Positions 29,529 to 38,584 of a stretch of 64,000 nt of DNA are shown in pieces. The notes beneath the pieces are model-generated. The model had not been told where the DNA came from and made no database searches. It saw only the letters and a program-made list of their open reading frames with translations. The stretch is from assembly GCA_019244185.1 (NCBI GenBank), contig JAFATB010000006.1, positions 128,001 through 192,000 on the forward strand, in the 5' to 3' direction. The position numbers and the translations under genes were made by a program. The stretch comes from Acidobacteriota bacterium (GTDB lineage Bacteria > Acidobacteriota > Thermoanaerobaculia > Gp7-AA8). Numbering within the stretch: position 1 is the first letter of the stretch; the number at the start of each line of letters is the position of its first letter.

Positions 29529-30554
29529 TTAGTCCGTGAAGAAGAAGGGGCGACGGCGCGTCACGGTCTGCTGCTCGGCGCGACGGACGGCTTCCATGAC
29601 TTCGCGCTCTTGTCGCGCGCGATCCGCCCGCTGCAAGGACTGCTCGTGCGCCAGCTGCCGTTCACGCTCGGCACGTTCTGCCGCGTCGAGCGTTTCGTGA
29701 TCAAACCCGGCGTATCCGTTGACACGCACGCGGCCGTCGGTCTTGCCGAGGCGCGCGAAGTGAAAGCGCACACCGTTAGGGCCGAGCTCTGCGATCACGA
29801 AGTCATCACCGCCAAGAATCGGCGTGGGCGGATTGCCAAGAACTGCGGTTGCGAGCGCAAACGGTGATGCCCATTCGCCGGAACTGTCGCGGATGATGAT
29901 GGGCAGCGTGTGATTGCCATCCCGGGTCATCTCGACGTAGTGATTGATCGAGGACAGACCGACGGCAAGCTTCGCAAGATTCTCGTGCACGAAGCGGCCC
30001 GTCCAGTCACGATAGACCGGTTCGAGCGGCAGGTGCTCGGGGCGACCTTGAGTACCCCAGACGCGCTCGCGACCACCGCGTGCGGCGAAGGCGGCGAGGC
30101 TGCGGAACATGCCCGCGACTTCACGCTTCTCCTCGTGCTCGTCGGCAGCGCACACGTAGCGGAACCCGTGAAGCTGTCCGTCAATAGGTGATGCGGCATA
30201 CAGTGCGCCGAGGACGGCAATCTTGCGATCTGCGAGTTGATAGAGCGCCATCGCGTGCGCTCCGGGCGTGTCCATGTTGAGGATGACCGGCGCTCCTTCA
30301 GGGATGCCGTCATTGATGACGTCCTCGATCTTTGCTTCGCGGGCCTCTCCGCGCAGGCCGAACTGCGCGGCCTGCGTGATGAAGCGGTTCGCGCGACCCG
30401 GTACAGGATCCACGCCGACAACCTTCACGTTGAGCACATCGCTCTCACGCTGCAGCCGTGCGACGTGCGGGATTAGCTCGCGACCACCGTGGTTTGTACC
30501 GCCATCAAAAATCGTCAGTTCTTTCGATGCGACTGAGACAAGTGCGTTGCTCAT
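29529..30554 (-). CDS. Hypothetical protein with degenerate Rossmann/ThiF-like N-terminus
   Basis: TIFDGGTNHGG...VVGVD...VILNMDT pattern; GGAGG RBS; fold call is tentative. Confidence 0.6.
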   Translation of the reverse strand: MSNALVSVASKELTIFDGGTNHGGRELIPHVARLQRESDVLNVKVVGVDPVPGRANRFITQAAQFGLRGEAREAKIEDVINDGIPEGAPVILNMDTPGAHAMALYQLADRKIAVLGALYAASPIDGQLHGFRYVCAADEHEEKREVAGMFRSLAAFAARGGRERVWGTQGRPEHLPLEPVYRDWTGRFVHENLAKLAVGLSSINHYVEMTRDGNHTLPIIIRDSSGEWASPFALATAVLGNPPTPILGGDDFVIAELGPNGVRFHFARLGKTDGRVRVNGYAGFDHETLDAAERAERERQLAHEQSLQRADRARQEREVMEAVRRAEQQTVTRRRPFFFTD

Positions 30555-30943
30555 ACGTCCTCCTTTGTTGCGGTGGTGTATTCGTGACTGCCGAGGTAGG
30601 TGGCGCGGTCGCGCGCCTTACGGTCGCGTTGGCGGACGCGTTCGCGCTCGAAGCGTTCGACGTACGTTCGAGCACGACGCTGGCGACGCTCGGCATCGCG
30701 TAGCCGTCGTCGTAGGTTCCGGCGCTCCTTCGTAAGGTGCACGCTCGGCGTGCGACGGCTCATGATGCTTTCAGCTAGTACCGCCCCGCCGCATGTCGTT
30801 GCCAACATCACGATGCCGATCGCGAACTCTTCGACACGGGAGCCGTCGTCGTTGCCCGCTTGCAGTGTGCGCAGGATTGTGACGGCGACCATGACGAGTG
30901 CGAATGCGGCGATCGTGGCGAGAAACCAGGGTGAGCGTTTCAT
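30551..30943 (-). CDS. 2-TM protein with Arg-rich coiled-coil tail
   Basis: Two hydrophobic helices then an R/E-rich helix; ATGA overlaps on both sides. Confidence 0.7.
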   Translation of the reverse strand: MKRSPWFLATIAAFALVMVAVTILRTLQAGNDDGSRVEEFAIGIVMLATTCGGAVLAESIMSRRTPSVHLTKERRNLRRRLRDAERRQRRARTYVERFERERVRQRDRKARDRATYLGSHEYTTATKEDV

Positions 30944-31335
30944 GCAGCACCTCCTTGGCGCTTGGTTTCACTCGTGATCCAGAAGAGGAAGGACGCGAAG
31001 AGAATCGCGGGCACGAGTCGTTCGATGCCGGCGAAGCCCAAGCCACGAAAGAGCAACGTGCACCCGACGACCTCAGCGACGAAGCATGCCGTGAGCTTCA
31101 GCGTGAGAGAGCTGGATGCTTCATGGTGCGTGAGCTCATCCTCAACACGACTGAGGCGCTCGCGGTACTCCTCCACTTCCACACCCTGCAGGTCGCGACT
31201 GATGCGCGCATGCTCCATGTTCCCCACCGGGTCAAACTCGAGCGCGACACCGTTCTTGCTCGTCAGGTAGTGATCGACAGTATTGATGCCGGCGCGCGCA
31301 TCGCGACGCGCACGGCCACGCGTGAACAAATTCAT
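30940..31335 (-). CDS. Membrane protein with C-terminal 2-TM hairpin
   Basis: ATG 31335 with GGAGG RBS; ATGA overlaps. Confidence 0.65.
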   Translation of the reverse strand: MNLFTRGRARRDARAGINTVDHYLTSKNGVALEFDPVGNMEHARISRDLQGVEVEEYRERLSRVEDELTHHEASSSLTLKLTACFVAEVVGCTLLFRGLGFAGIERLVPAILFASFLFWITSETKRQGGAA

Positions 31336-32117
31336 TTCGTTCCCTCCAGTTCTGCCGGCGAGACCGCATCGGTCGTGAAACTCGCAGTCCCACCAGCGTT
31401 CGAAATTGCCGCACTCCACAGCGACCGCACCGAAGCGACGCGCGAGACCGTCATCGCGCACCGGTTCTCCCCCACCGGCGCAATCCGCGCATTCGCGAAG
31501 ACCACACGCGTACCCGTGAGCGACCCGGGCGTCAGGAACGAAAGCGACTTCAGACGAGCAAGAAACTCTGTCGTCGACGGGAGGTGCTTGCACTCGAAAT
31601 CGAACGTCTCACGCGTCGACTCCAACGCATCCCCGATGACGACAAGCACCTGATTTGGATCACGACGCGAAAGCAGAATCGTGGTAATACCTGCGGCGAT
31701 CGGCGAGGAGCGCAACGGCTGCGCGTCAAAGATGACGCGCGTTGTGCGCAAGAGGTCAGCACGACTGCTCTCAACCCATTGCCGCTGCTGCGCGGAGCGC
31801 GCACGATCGCCACGAGTGCTTGCTTCTGGCGAGATCACGCGCGCCAACTCACGCGTCGTGGCCACGTCAGCACCGAACAACCAGACAGCGACAGAACTGT
31901 GCGGGCGACTTGCTGCGACTTGCAGCGCCGATTCAATGTTCGACGCCAACTCAACCTGGCCGCAGGTGCTGCCCTTCGAGACATCCAGAGCGATGACGAT
32001 CGCAATCGGGGTGGGTGGCGGCGGATCGCTCACCAACCCCTTCGCCCACGAACCCACCGACTCACGACCGTCGCAAGCGAGAACTAACAGACTCAGAAGA
32101 ACGGCTACTTTGCGCAT
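31332..32117 (-). CDS. Lipoprotein with vWA-like domain
   Basis: Lipobox LVLAC; IALDVSKGS (DxSxxS, MIDAS-like); LVVIGDALE. Confidence 0.68.
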   Translation of the reverse strand: MRKVAVLLSLLVLACDGRESVGSWAKGLVSDPPPPTPIAIVIALDVSKGSTCGQVELASNIESALQVAASRPHSSVAVWLFGADVATTRELARVISPEASTRGDRARSAQQRQWVESSRADLLRTTRVIFDAQPLRSSPIAAGITTILLSRRDPNQVLVVIGDALESTRETFDFECKHLPSTTEFLARLKSLSFLTPGSLTGTRVVFANARIAPVGENRCAMTVSRVASVRSLWSAAISNAGGTASFTTDAVSPAELEGTK

Positions 32118-32128
32118 CGCATCCTCCG

Positions 32129-32479
32129 TCAGCACGCGAGCGTACGCACGTCCGCGAGTTCCACGAACGCCGCCTGCTGTTCGAACAACACCGTTAAGAG
32201 CGTCTGCAGCTTGAGCGCGAGCACCGGAGCGTCAGCCTGCGAGCACGAGACGAAGTACGACACCGTCTCATCGTTCACGACCGATCCGTCGGGCGCTTGC
32301 CACGCGCCGAAGGCCAGACCCGCTCGCGTGAAACCACGCGCCGCTCGCACCAACCACGACTCCACCGCGCCGAAGTAGTCAGGAGGAAAGGAGACGCCAC
32401 GCGGATCATGAGTCGGAAAGAGCACGTGCAAGCGAACACTCGCTTCGGGTACGGTTGCTGGAGACAGTTGCGGGTTCAT
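32129..32479 (-). CDS. Small hypothetical protein (DUF3574/PII-like ferredoxin fold, tentative)
   Basis: RGFT...G.W...DG.V..D...FEQQAAFV pattern; GGAGG RBS. Confidence 0.6.
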   Translation of the reverse strand: MNPQLSPATVPEASVRLHVLFPTHDPRGVSFPPDYFGAVESWLVRAARGFTRAGLAFGAWQAPDGSVVNDETVSYFVSCSQADAPVLALKLQTLLTVLFEQQAAFVELADVRTLAC

Positions 32480-32679
32480 GCAACCTCCCGAATCTGCCCG
32501 CAGGCACTGCAGCGGGAGAGTGGGGCTGGAACCACCCACGACACCACGGCCTCGGTACCGGGCGAGAGTGGGATCGAGAGCCGAACCGGCCAAAACACCT
32601 CACCGCCAAGCGGCACCCGCACATCCGGCGCCGGATCGCGCCGGATCGAGAGCCGCGACACATTACTTAGAACATCCAT
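32476..32679 (-). CDS. 67-aa protein with a CxxC motif, first gene of the operon
   Basis: GGAGGT RBS, ATG 32679, stop overlaps the next ATG (ATGA). Confidence 0.5.
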   Translation of the reverse strand: MDVLSNVSRLSIRRDPAPDVRVPLGGEVFWPVRLSIPLSPGTEAVVSWVVPAPLSRCSACGQIREVA

Positions 32680-32864
32680 GTGTGACCTCCTACCCTCACC
32701 GAGCAGAAGGCGTCTGCCCATGGCGTTAACGAGACTCGCGGCTGGCGCCAGAACTAACGTGGCGTGAGGCAGTTACGTGAAGAAGTGTGATCACACATAG
32801 GCCCCATGCGTTTGCCGGGGAACGCTTGAACGTGAACGTTTTCTTGTCGTAGAGGTGCGGTTGA

Positions 32865-33362
32865 TCAGCGGTGCACAGAGAGCCCCGGAATCCTCAAAAG
32901 TTGCTGTTCGATACGGATTTTCTGATCATCGGACACCAGACCTTCTAGGAATCGTTTCGCCGACCATTCGACCGGTCGGGTGGGGTGGCGAACAGTCCTA
33001 TCGGTGGGCGAGTAGGACCATGGCGTCGAGGTATCTTGTGCCCCAGTGGCGCTTGCCAGCGCCTCGGTGATGTCTTCGAGGTAGCTCGGAGCGTGGACAT
33101 ATCGCATCATGTACGTGAGAGCTGGGTAGTCGTAGGGTCCTAGGGTGGCGTCCGGGGGCGGAAAGGCAGTGAAGGAAACGCAGTAGCCGCTGGCTTCCGG
33201 TTGTAGTTCCAAGGAGAAGTACGACACCGGTAGCGTCCGCCCGCTCATGAGAAAACGCGGTCGGTTGTAGTACAACGCATTCGCGATCGTCCCATCAAAA
33301 CGAAGCGCCTCGTTCGGCGAGGCATCACAGGCTAGGTAGGTAGTTGCTCTGTCTGACTTCAC
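32865..33362 (-). CDS. Hypothetical protein
   Basis: 165-aa ORF, GTG start, globular composition. Confidence 0.45.
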   Translation of the reverse strand: MKSDRATTYLACDASPNEALRFDGTIANALYYNRPRFLMSGRTLPVSYFSLELQPEASGYCVSFTAFPPPDATLGPYDYPALTYMMRYVHAPSYLEDITEALASATGAQDTSTPWSYSPTDRTVRHPTRPVEWSAKRFLEGLVSDDQKIRIEQQLLRIPGLSVHR

Positions 33363-33395
33363 GCCATGGTTAGTGCGGCGTGGTTTAAGTAACTT

Positions 33396-35738
33396 TTGCT
33401 GATGTCTCTTTCGATAGGTGAATTCCGTGCTTATGTTTATGTGTACTGGCGCATCGCGGGGGGCGATGCTAAAGACGCGTTTACGAAGACGCTGCGTAAG
33501 CTTTGCAGCGACGCTCGTCTAAAGATCGCACCCGGCTATCCCGATGGACGGCGGGGGTTGGGCTTCGCGGCAGCTGAGGGAGCACTGTGGATCACGCGGG
33601 CAAAGTTTCGCGAACTCGCCGGTCGTGCTACGGCCGATCATGCATTTGACGCCGGCCAGTTTGTTGAAGCACGCCTCCGAGACTTCGTGCGGCCGACTGG
33701 CGGGAAATACCAGCGTTGGCGTGAAGGAACACTCGATCCCCCGCACGATCCTGCCGATCTGATTTTTGCACATCACTTGTTTCCCGCTGGCGTACCGTTC
33801 CACGGCGCGCTCATGACCGGTGTGCATCAGGGCGTCATCTGGCTCGGCTTAACGCGCGACGAAGCTTGGCTGGCAGACGATGTCCGGACGCGCGCCGAGC
33901 GGCTGCGGCTACGCGTGTCTGCATTTCCTAGCGATCAACAACTGCCATGGGCCGATCGGGCGGATCTCGAACTAGCGTTCCGAAACATTCGAGACGACTC
34001 GCATCTGTTCGCGGTCTGGAACGATTTGCTGCGCGCGTGGCTGTGCCACTTTCATGGTGACGAACTCGAGGACGTCGAGGTGAAGCTGCGCGTCTACAGT
34101 CTCCGGATACGGATCTGCGGGAACGACATCTCGGGAACGTTTGCGTTTTGGCTCTTACCTGCTCTCGCCGGCGCCGATATTGAAGCATGGGTCGAATCGC
34201 GGTTCGCGCGGGTCGCTCGTCTTCTCGCGAACAATCGGGACGCGCCCGACTGGGTGGTGTTCTGCACCAATCACCGATATGCGGACGTCGAAGAGGGGGT
34301 TCTCCGCTCAGTCGCTCGATGTCCAATCTCTAGCGCGAGAATCCGAGTGTTTGACTCGGTCGCGGCAGCAAGTTTCCTTTCTAACGCAGCATGGGTCTGG
34401 AGTCGACAATTCGGTGATGGCCGGCTTCGGGTTGCACGCATTGCTGCCGATGATGAACTACGCAATGCGATCTTTGGGGACGATCCGCTGGCACGTGCAC
34501 TGCCAAAACATGAATCCGCCACTGAAGGAGAGGCGCACACGAGCACCTGGCGAGGCGCGAACATTTGTATCGTTGGGCGGCCAGGCATTGGCAAGTCGAC
34601 GACACTCTATCGCAAATTGCGCGAAGATCTGCCTGACGGCATCGCGATTTTCTTGGAAGATCAGCACTACGCGCACAATGAGATGCTTTTGGTTGGACAA
34701 CTCGCGGAGGACCTCACGAAGCGCGGCGACGTTGCACTCATCGTTGACGGTCTGCGCCCGACGGGGGTTTCCCACCTGCGAGCTCTCGAAGTCATCATGT
34801 ACGCCAAGGCTCGGCATCCTGAATGTTTCACTTGTATCATTACTATGCGCAGCGCGGACGAGTCTCGCCTTTCTGCGATTTACAACGATTTTCAATTCGC
34901 TAACCAAGAATTCAGGCGCCATGTGATTGTGGCAGAGCGCGGCCTGACGCAGGCTCTATTAACTTATTATGTGCCGCGCATGCTTCCGAGCGTCGATGCC
35001 GATCCGGACGCGCTTGAAGAATTCGCAAAGTCATCGCCTGGCATTAGGACGCCGGCCGGCATTGTTGCGCGCGTCATGGATGTTGCGGCCAGCATGACCA
35101 GCGGAGCACCGCACAGAGGTCACACGACGACTTATTGGCGAAAGAGCTGTGCGTATTGGCGGGCGCAGTGGCGCTACCTTCGGCGAGAAGAAGGACGTAG
35201 TCTCGACCGCCAGCTCATATGGATCGTTGTCGCTTTGCGTGAGGTCTGTGGGCCGACCATCCCCATGGACCTACTACGCGCGGTTGCTATTCACTATTGG
35301 AAGAGGCCTGATACTACATTGCGAAGAACACTGAATGTCTTGGCGTCAGAAGGGTGGGTCGATCACGATTCATTGCTCGACAAATTACACACTGATAATG
35401 ACGTCATCGGAACGGTGCGGTCCCTGGTCATCGATGGCGGTGTGGACGATCTTAGCTTCCAAGATCTATTCGATTGGCTCGTCATGACGGGTACCGGTAT
35501 CACGGTCCAGGCCCGCCTGCAGTTACTCAATTACTATGCCGATCGTGTTACGTCCGAAAGTATGTTCCGGCGACTTCAGGAGAAAGCCACAGCGAACACG
35601 CCATCTGAAATCGCGAATGTGATCGCGGCGCGGCTCGAATTACTGAAAGCCAGCCGGGAGAAGGCGCAACAAGAACACCGCGACATGATAGAAGAAATGA
35701 ACCAGCGATGGCTTGCGCACCTCAGAGCACGCGAGTGA
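33396..35738 (+). CDS. STAND-like P-loop NTPase (candidate defence protein)
   Basis: IVGRPGIGKST Walker A, LIVDG Walker B, ITMRS sensor, wHTH-like C-terminal region. Confidence 0.7.
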   Translation: MLMSLSIGEFRAYVYVYWRIAGGDAKDAFTKTLRKLCSDARLKIAPGYPDGRRGLGFAAAEGALWITRAKFRELAGRATADHAFDAGQFVEARLRDFVRPTGGKYQRWREGTLDPPHDPADLIFAHHLFPAGVPFHGALMTGVHQGVIWLGLTRDEAWLADDVRTRAERLRLRVSAFPSDQQLPWADRADLELAFRNIRDDSHLFAVWNDLLRAWLCHFHGDELEDVEVKLRVYSLRIRICGNDISGTFAFWLLPALAGADIEAWVESRFARVARLLANNRDAPDWVVFCTNHRYADVEEGVLRSVARCPISSARIRVFDSVAAASFLSNAAWVWSRQFGDGRLRVARIAADDELRNAIFGDDPLARALPKHESATEGEAHTSTWRGANICIVGRPGIGKSTTLYRKLREDLPDGIAIFLEDQHYAHNEMLLVGQLAEDLTKRGDVALIVDGLRPTGVSHLRALEVIMYAKARHPECFTCIITMRSADESRLSAIYNDFQFANQEFRRHVIVAERGLTQALLTYYVPRMLPSVDADPDALEEFAKSSPGIRTPAGIVARVMDVAASMTSGAPHRGHTTTYWRKSCAYWRAQWRYLRREEGRSLDRQLIWIVVALREVCGPTIPMDLLRAVAIHYWKRPDTTLRRTLNVLASEGWVDHDSLLDKLHTDNDVIGTVRSLVIDGGVDDLSFQDLFDWLVMTGTGITVQARLQLLNYYADRVTSESMFRRLQEKATANTPSEIANVIAARLELLKASREKAQQEHRDMIEEMNQRWLAHLRARE

Positions 35739-35995
35739 CAGGGACCAAGAATTTCAGAGCCCTCCTGGCGGATTTGAACGGCTAACGGGTTTTTCGCATC
35801 AAGTGCTGGCACTTGCGGCGCATATAGAACTCGCGAACCGAGTCTCAACTGAAACGCGTTGCTGCGGCATTCAGCACTGTCACCTGCAGTTGCGACGCTC
35901 GGTCACCCCACTGGCGATGAGGCGTTGAAAGGAACGCGGCGCAATCCTAGGGATTGTGCACTTCGAGTTTGAACTCCCTTCGCTCAGCCTCACTG

Positions 35996-37309
35996 TTAAT
36001 GATGTAACGTTGCAAGGACCTTGAGGAACTGCTGCACTCCTTGCTCGCTGCCGAGTGTTGCGAGCAACGCAGCGTGCAACTTCTGCTCTCGGTCCGCGGC
36101 CGTCTGCATCCGACTGCCCTGCAGTTCGTCAGTCATGGCCCGGGCGAAAAGTTGTCGTTGCGACGAATCGAGCCGCGAAATCAGTACGTCCCACTCCTTC
36201 GTCGTTTCTGGCTCGCGTGCGAGGCGCGGGCGTCCGGCAGGGGCCGGGATACGCGCGGTCATCATGCTCGGCCGGCGGGACCTCCCCGTCTTCTGGAGGT
36301 GGAGTTCTCCGTGAATGATGGAGTGGTCTTGTGGACGGAGTAGTTTGAACGAGACGACGACGCCATGAGGTGTGGTAATGGCGCGCCATGCCGTCGCACC
36401 GGCAGGTCGGCTGTGCAACTCGGTTGTCGTCTCGTCAATGCCGACGAGTTTCTCGTCTTCGCTGGGGTTTTGAAAGAAGACGGACACAACGTTGTCGGGT
36501 AGGAGCAAGTGGTGGTCGTCTTGGCTGCAACCGCCTTCGTTGCCCCAATTCCGCGCGAAGAACTCCCAGACTTGTTCTCGCGCGTCGTCGCGGTCCAGGA
36601 TTGCGAGCAGATAGACAGGGTGCAGTTCTGCATGTGCCTGATGTTGATTGTCGATGCCATAGAGGGCCGTAATGATGGCAAGCTTGCCATCGACGATTTG
36701 ACGTGCGGATTCCCACGAGCCCGGATGCGCTTCGACGCGGGCGCGGAGGCCAGTCCACCATGGTGCCGTAAACGTATCGACTGTTTCTGCGGCATTGAAC
36801 TCAACGTCGATGCCAATGTCGCCGCTTGTTGATCGGTTGTGATTGCCGATCGTGACGCCGGACCGATCGGAGCGGACGAGCACCAGATCGTAATCGTCGT
36901 CACCCAGGCCGACACCGTTGTCATTGACTGAGATCGGGGTTTGCCAGTCGAGGAAGTACAGGTGACCGTAGTAAGTGACCGGGAACCAGTTAATATGTCC
37001 GTGCACCGTGCCTGTGGGATGTTCGGCTTGACAGGTCGCGTACATCACCGGCTGTAGTGCGCTCGGCTCGTCGACGGTAGGCGATTGCGAGGAGCAGTTG
37101 TTGAACAATCGTGCGTCGTCTTCGTTGTGAAATCCGTTACACAGCACCGCCGGATCAGGTAACGTCTGTCGATTCGCCTCCTGGGCACGCCAGTGCGGAT
37201 TAATGAGCAGGCCATTATTATCGATCAGTTCCGAGACGAGATCCATGGGCTGCTGCGCGCCAAGCGGCAGCGCGATAGCGATAAGCGCAATAGTCAGACG
37301 CCACATCAC
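35996..37309 (-). CDS. Secreted hypothetical protein
   Basis: Signal peptide MWRLTIALIAIALPLGA; Cys pairs; HAELHPV motif. Confidence 0.75.
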   Translation of the reverse strand: MMWRLTIALIAIALPLGAQQPMDLVSELIDNNGLLINPHWRAQEANRQTLPDPAVLCNGFHNEDDARLFNNCSSQSPTVDEPSALQPVMYATCQAEHPTGTVHGHINWFPVTYYGHLYFLDWQTPISVNDNGVGLGDDDYDLVLVRSDRSGVTIGNHNRSTSGDIGIDVEFNAAETVDTFTAPWWTGLRARVEAHPGSWESARQIVDGKLAIITALYGIDNQHQAHAELHPVYLLAILDRDDAREQVWEFFARNWGNEGGCSQDDHHLLLPDNVVSVFFQNPSEDEKLVGIDETTTELHSRPAGATAWRAITTPHGVVVSFKLLRPQDHSIIHGELHLQKTGRSRRPSMMTARIPAPAGRPRLAREPETTKEWDVLISRLDSSQRQLFARAMTDELQGSRMQTAADREQKLHAALLATLGSEQGVQQFLKVLATLHH

Positions 37310-37884
37310 GGACGAATCCTTGCGCTAATCGGCCGCCAAACGACGCCCGGCGTCCCCGGGTGCTGCGTAATTGTGATGACAACACGCGCCGCCCCCACGT
37401 CCTTGCACTGGTCATCGGTACCGTTGTCATGGTCCGCATACCCATTGTCACCGTAATCACCGTCGCTATCGACGTATCCCAAACGCAGGTACCACGTGGC
37501 GAAGTCAGTACCCTCCGGCGCCGATTTGACCGCGAGCGGCTTGTCATTGACGGCTTCAAGGTTCACTAAACCCGACGTGCCTCCGCCAGGCACACTTACC
37601 TGACCATGGTAAAGGCGATCCGAATTGGCACCTGACGGGTTGACGTACCGCTTCCATGTTTTACCGTGCCCGCCCGTCTGAACACAACCCTCTGCATGTA
37701 CGATGACTGTGTCTCCAGGACGGATAAGAATCTCCGGATAATCCGTGGCGGACTGTCGTACTTCCGGCTCTTCGATGCGCCATACGACAGTGTTGTCATT
37801 CAGGATGTTATGGCTAACGGTTTGCGCGGCAAAGAGGTGCGCTGCCGACATGAGTGCTATACCGATCCAAACGTTGCGCTTCAT
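37306..37884 (-). CDS. Secreted lectin-like protein with an Asp-rich Ca-binding loop
   Basis: Signal peptide; PGDTVIVHAEG; LRLGYVDSDGDYGDNGY. Confidence 0.7.
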   Translation of the reverse strand: MKRNVWIGIALMSAAHLFAAQTVSHNILNDNTVVWRIEEPEVRQSATDYPEILIRPGDTVIVHAEGCVQTGGHGKTWKRYVNPSGANSDRLYHGQVSVPGGGTSGLVNLEAVNDKPLAVKSAPEGTDFATWYLRLGYVDSDGDYGDNGYADHDNGTDDQCKDVGAARVVITITQHPGTPGVVWRPISARIRP

Positions 37885-38185
37885 GGCTCCTCCCCGAGTG
37901 TGCGCAGTCGGTACGGGCCTGGCGGACGCATTTTACCCAGAGCAGAGCGTTGCAGTCTCCCTCCTCCGCGGTGCTCGATATTGCGGGGTATCCCTCCTCC
38001 CGTGGGTTGCTCTCTTGCTGGCTGGTGCGCACCGGCACGATCACTGACCTGCCGCCACCGCGAAGATCGATCGCTTCGGAATGACGCTGCGAGCTGGCTC
38101 GCTGGCTGTCAGGTTCGTGTGTGGGATGCGCACGATGGAGAACGGCTGAAGAGAGCAACCACACGCTCTCTCGGAGGAACACCCC

Positions 38186-38392
38186 ATGAACGAGACAACA
38201 GAACAGACCACACCGACCGACCGCGACGCAGGCTACCTCGTCACGCCAGCGCGCAAGCACGCGCCCGAGGGCTACCGCCCACCCTACCAACTCGTGCCAG
38301 AAGCCTTCGACCACGAGCACCGGCTCGACTGCTACGTGACCGCTGACGAGCACGAGATCGTGTACTGCACGCTCTGCGGAACGGAGTGGTAA
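38186..38392 (+). CDS. Small protein with CxxC
   Basis: GGAGG RBS; ends YCTLCGTEW. Confidence 0.6.
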   Translation: MNETTEQTTPTDRDAGYLVTPARKHAPEGYRPPYQLVPEAFDHEHRLDCYVTADEHEIVYCTLCGTEW

Positions 38393-38394
38393 CC

Positions 38395-38517
38395 ATGACC
38401 GGCTACCACCACGATCTCCCGGTCCGCCTCACCACCGACCGCGAGGACGGCATCGACTGGCCGGTGTGGGTCTGCGCCTGCGGGTGCGGCGCCTGGGGCG
38501 CGCGCTGGTTCTCATGA
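38395..38517 (+). CDS. 40-aa Cys/Trp-rich peptide
   Basis: MTGYHHDLPVRLTTDREDGIDWPVWVCACGCGAWGARWFS, 2 nt after the previous stop; absent from ORF track. Confidence 0.45.
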   Translation: MTGYHHDLPVRLTTDREDGIDWPVWVCACGCGAWGARWFS

Positions 38518-38584
38518 GCACACGCTGTCAGCGTCAGCGTGGCTGCGGGAAAGATGTGCTGCGCGCGGTCTGTTCTGCACCGGC

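Noticed and set aside
32571-32655. 13-bp direct repeat ggatcgagagccg
   Set aside because: Lies inside a small ORF, encodes RLSI twice, and has only two copies.
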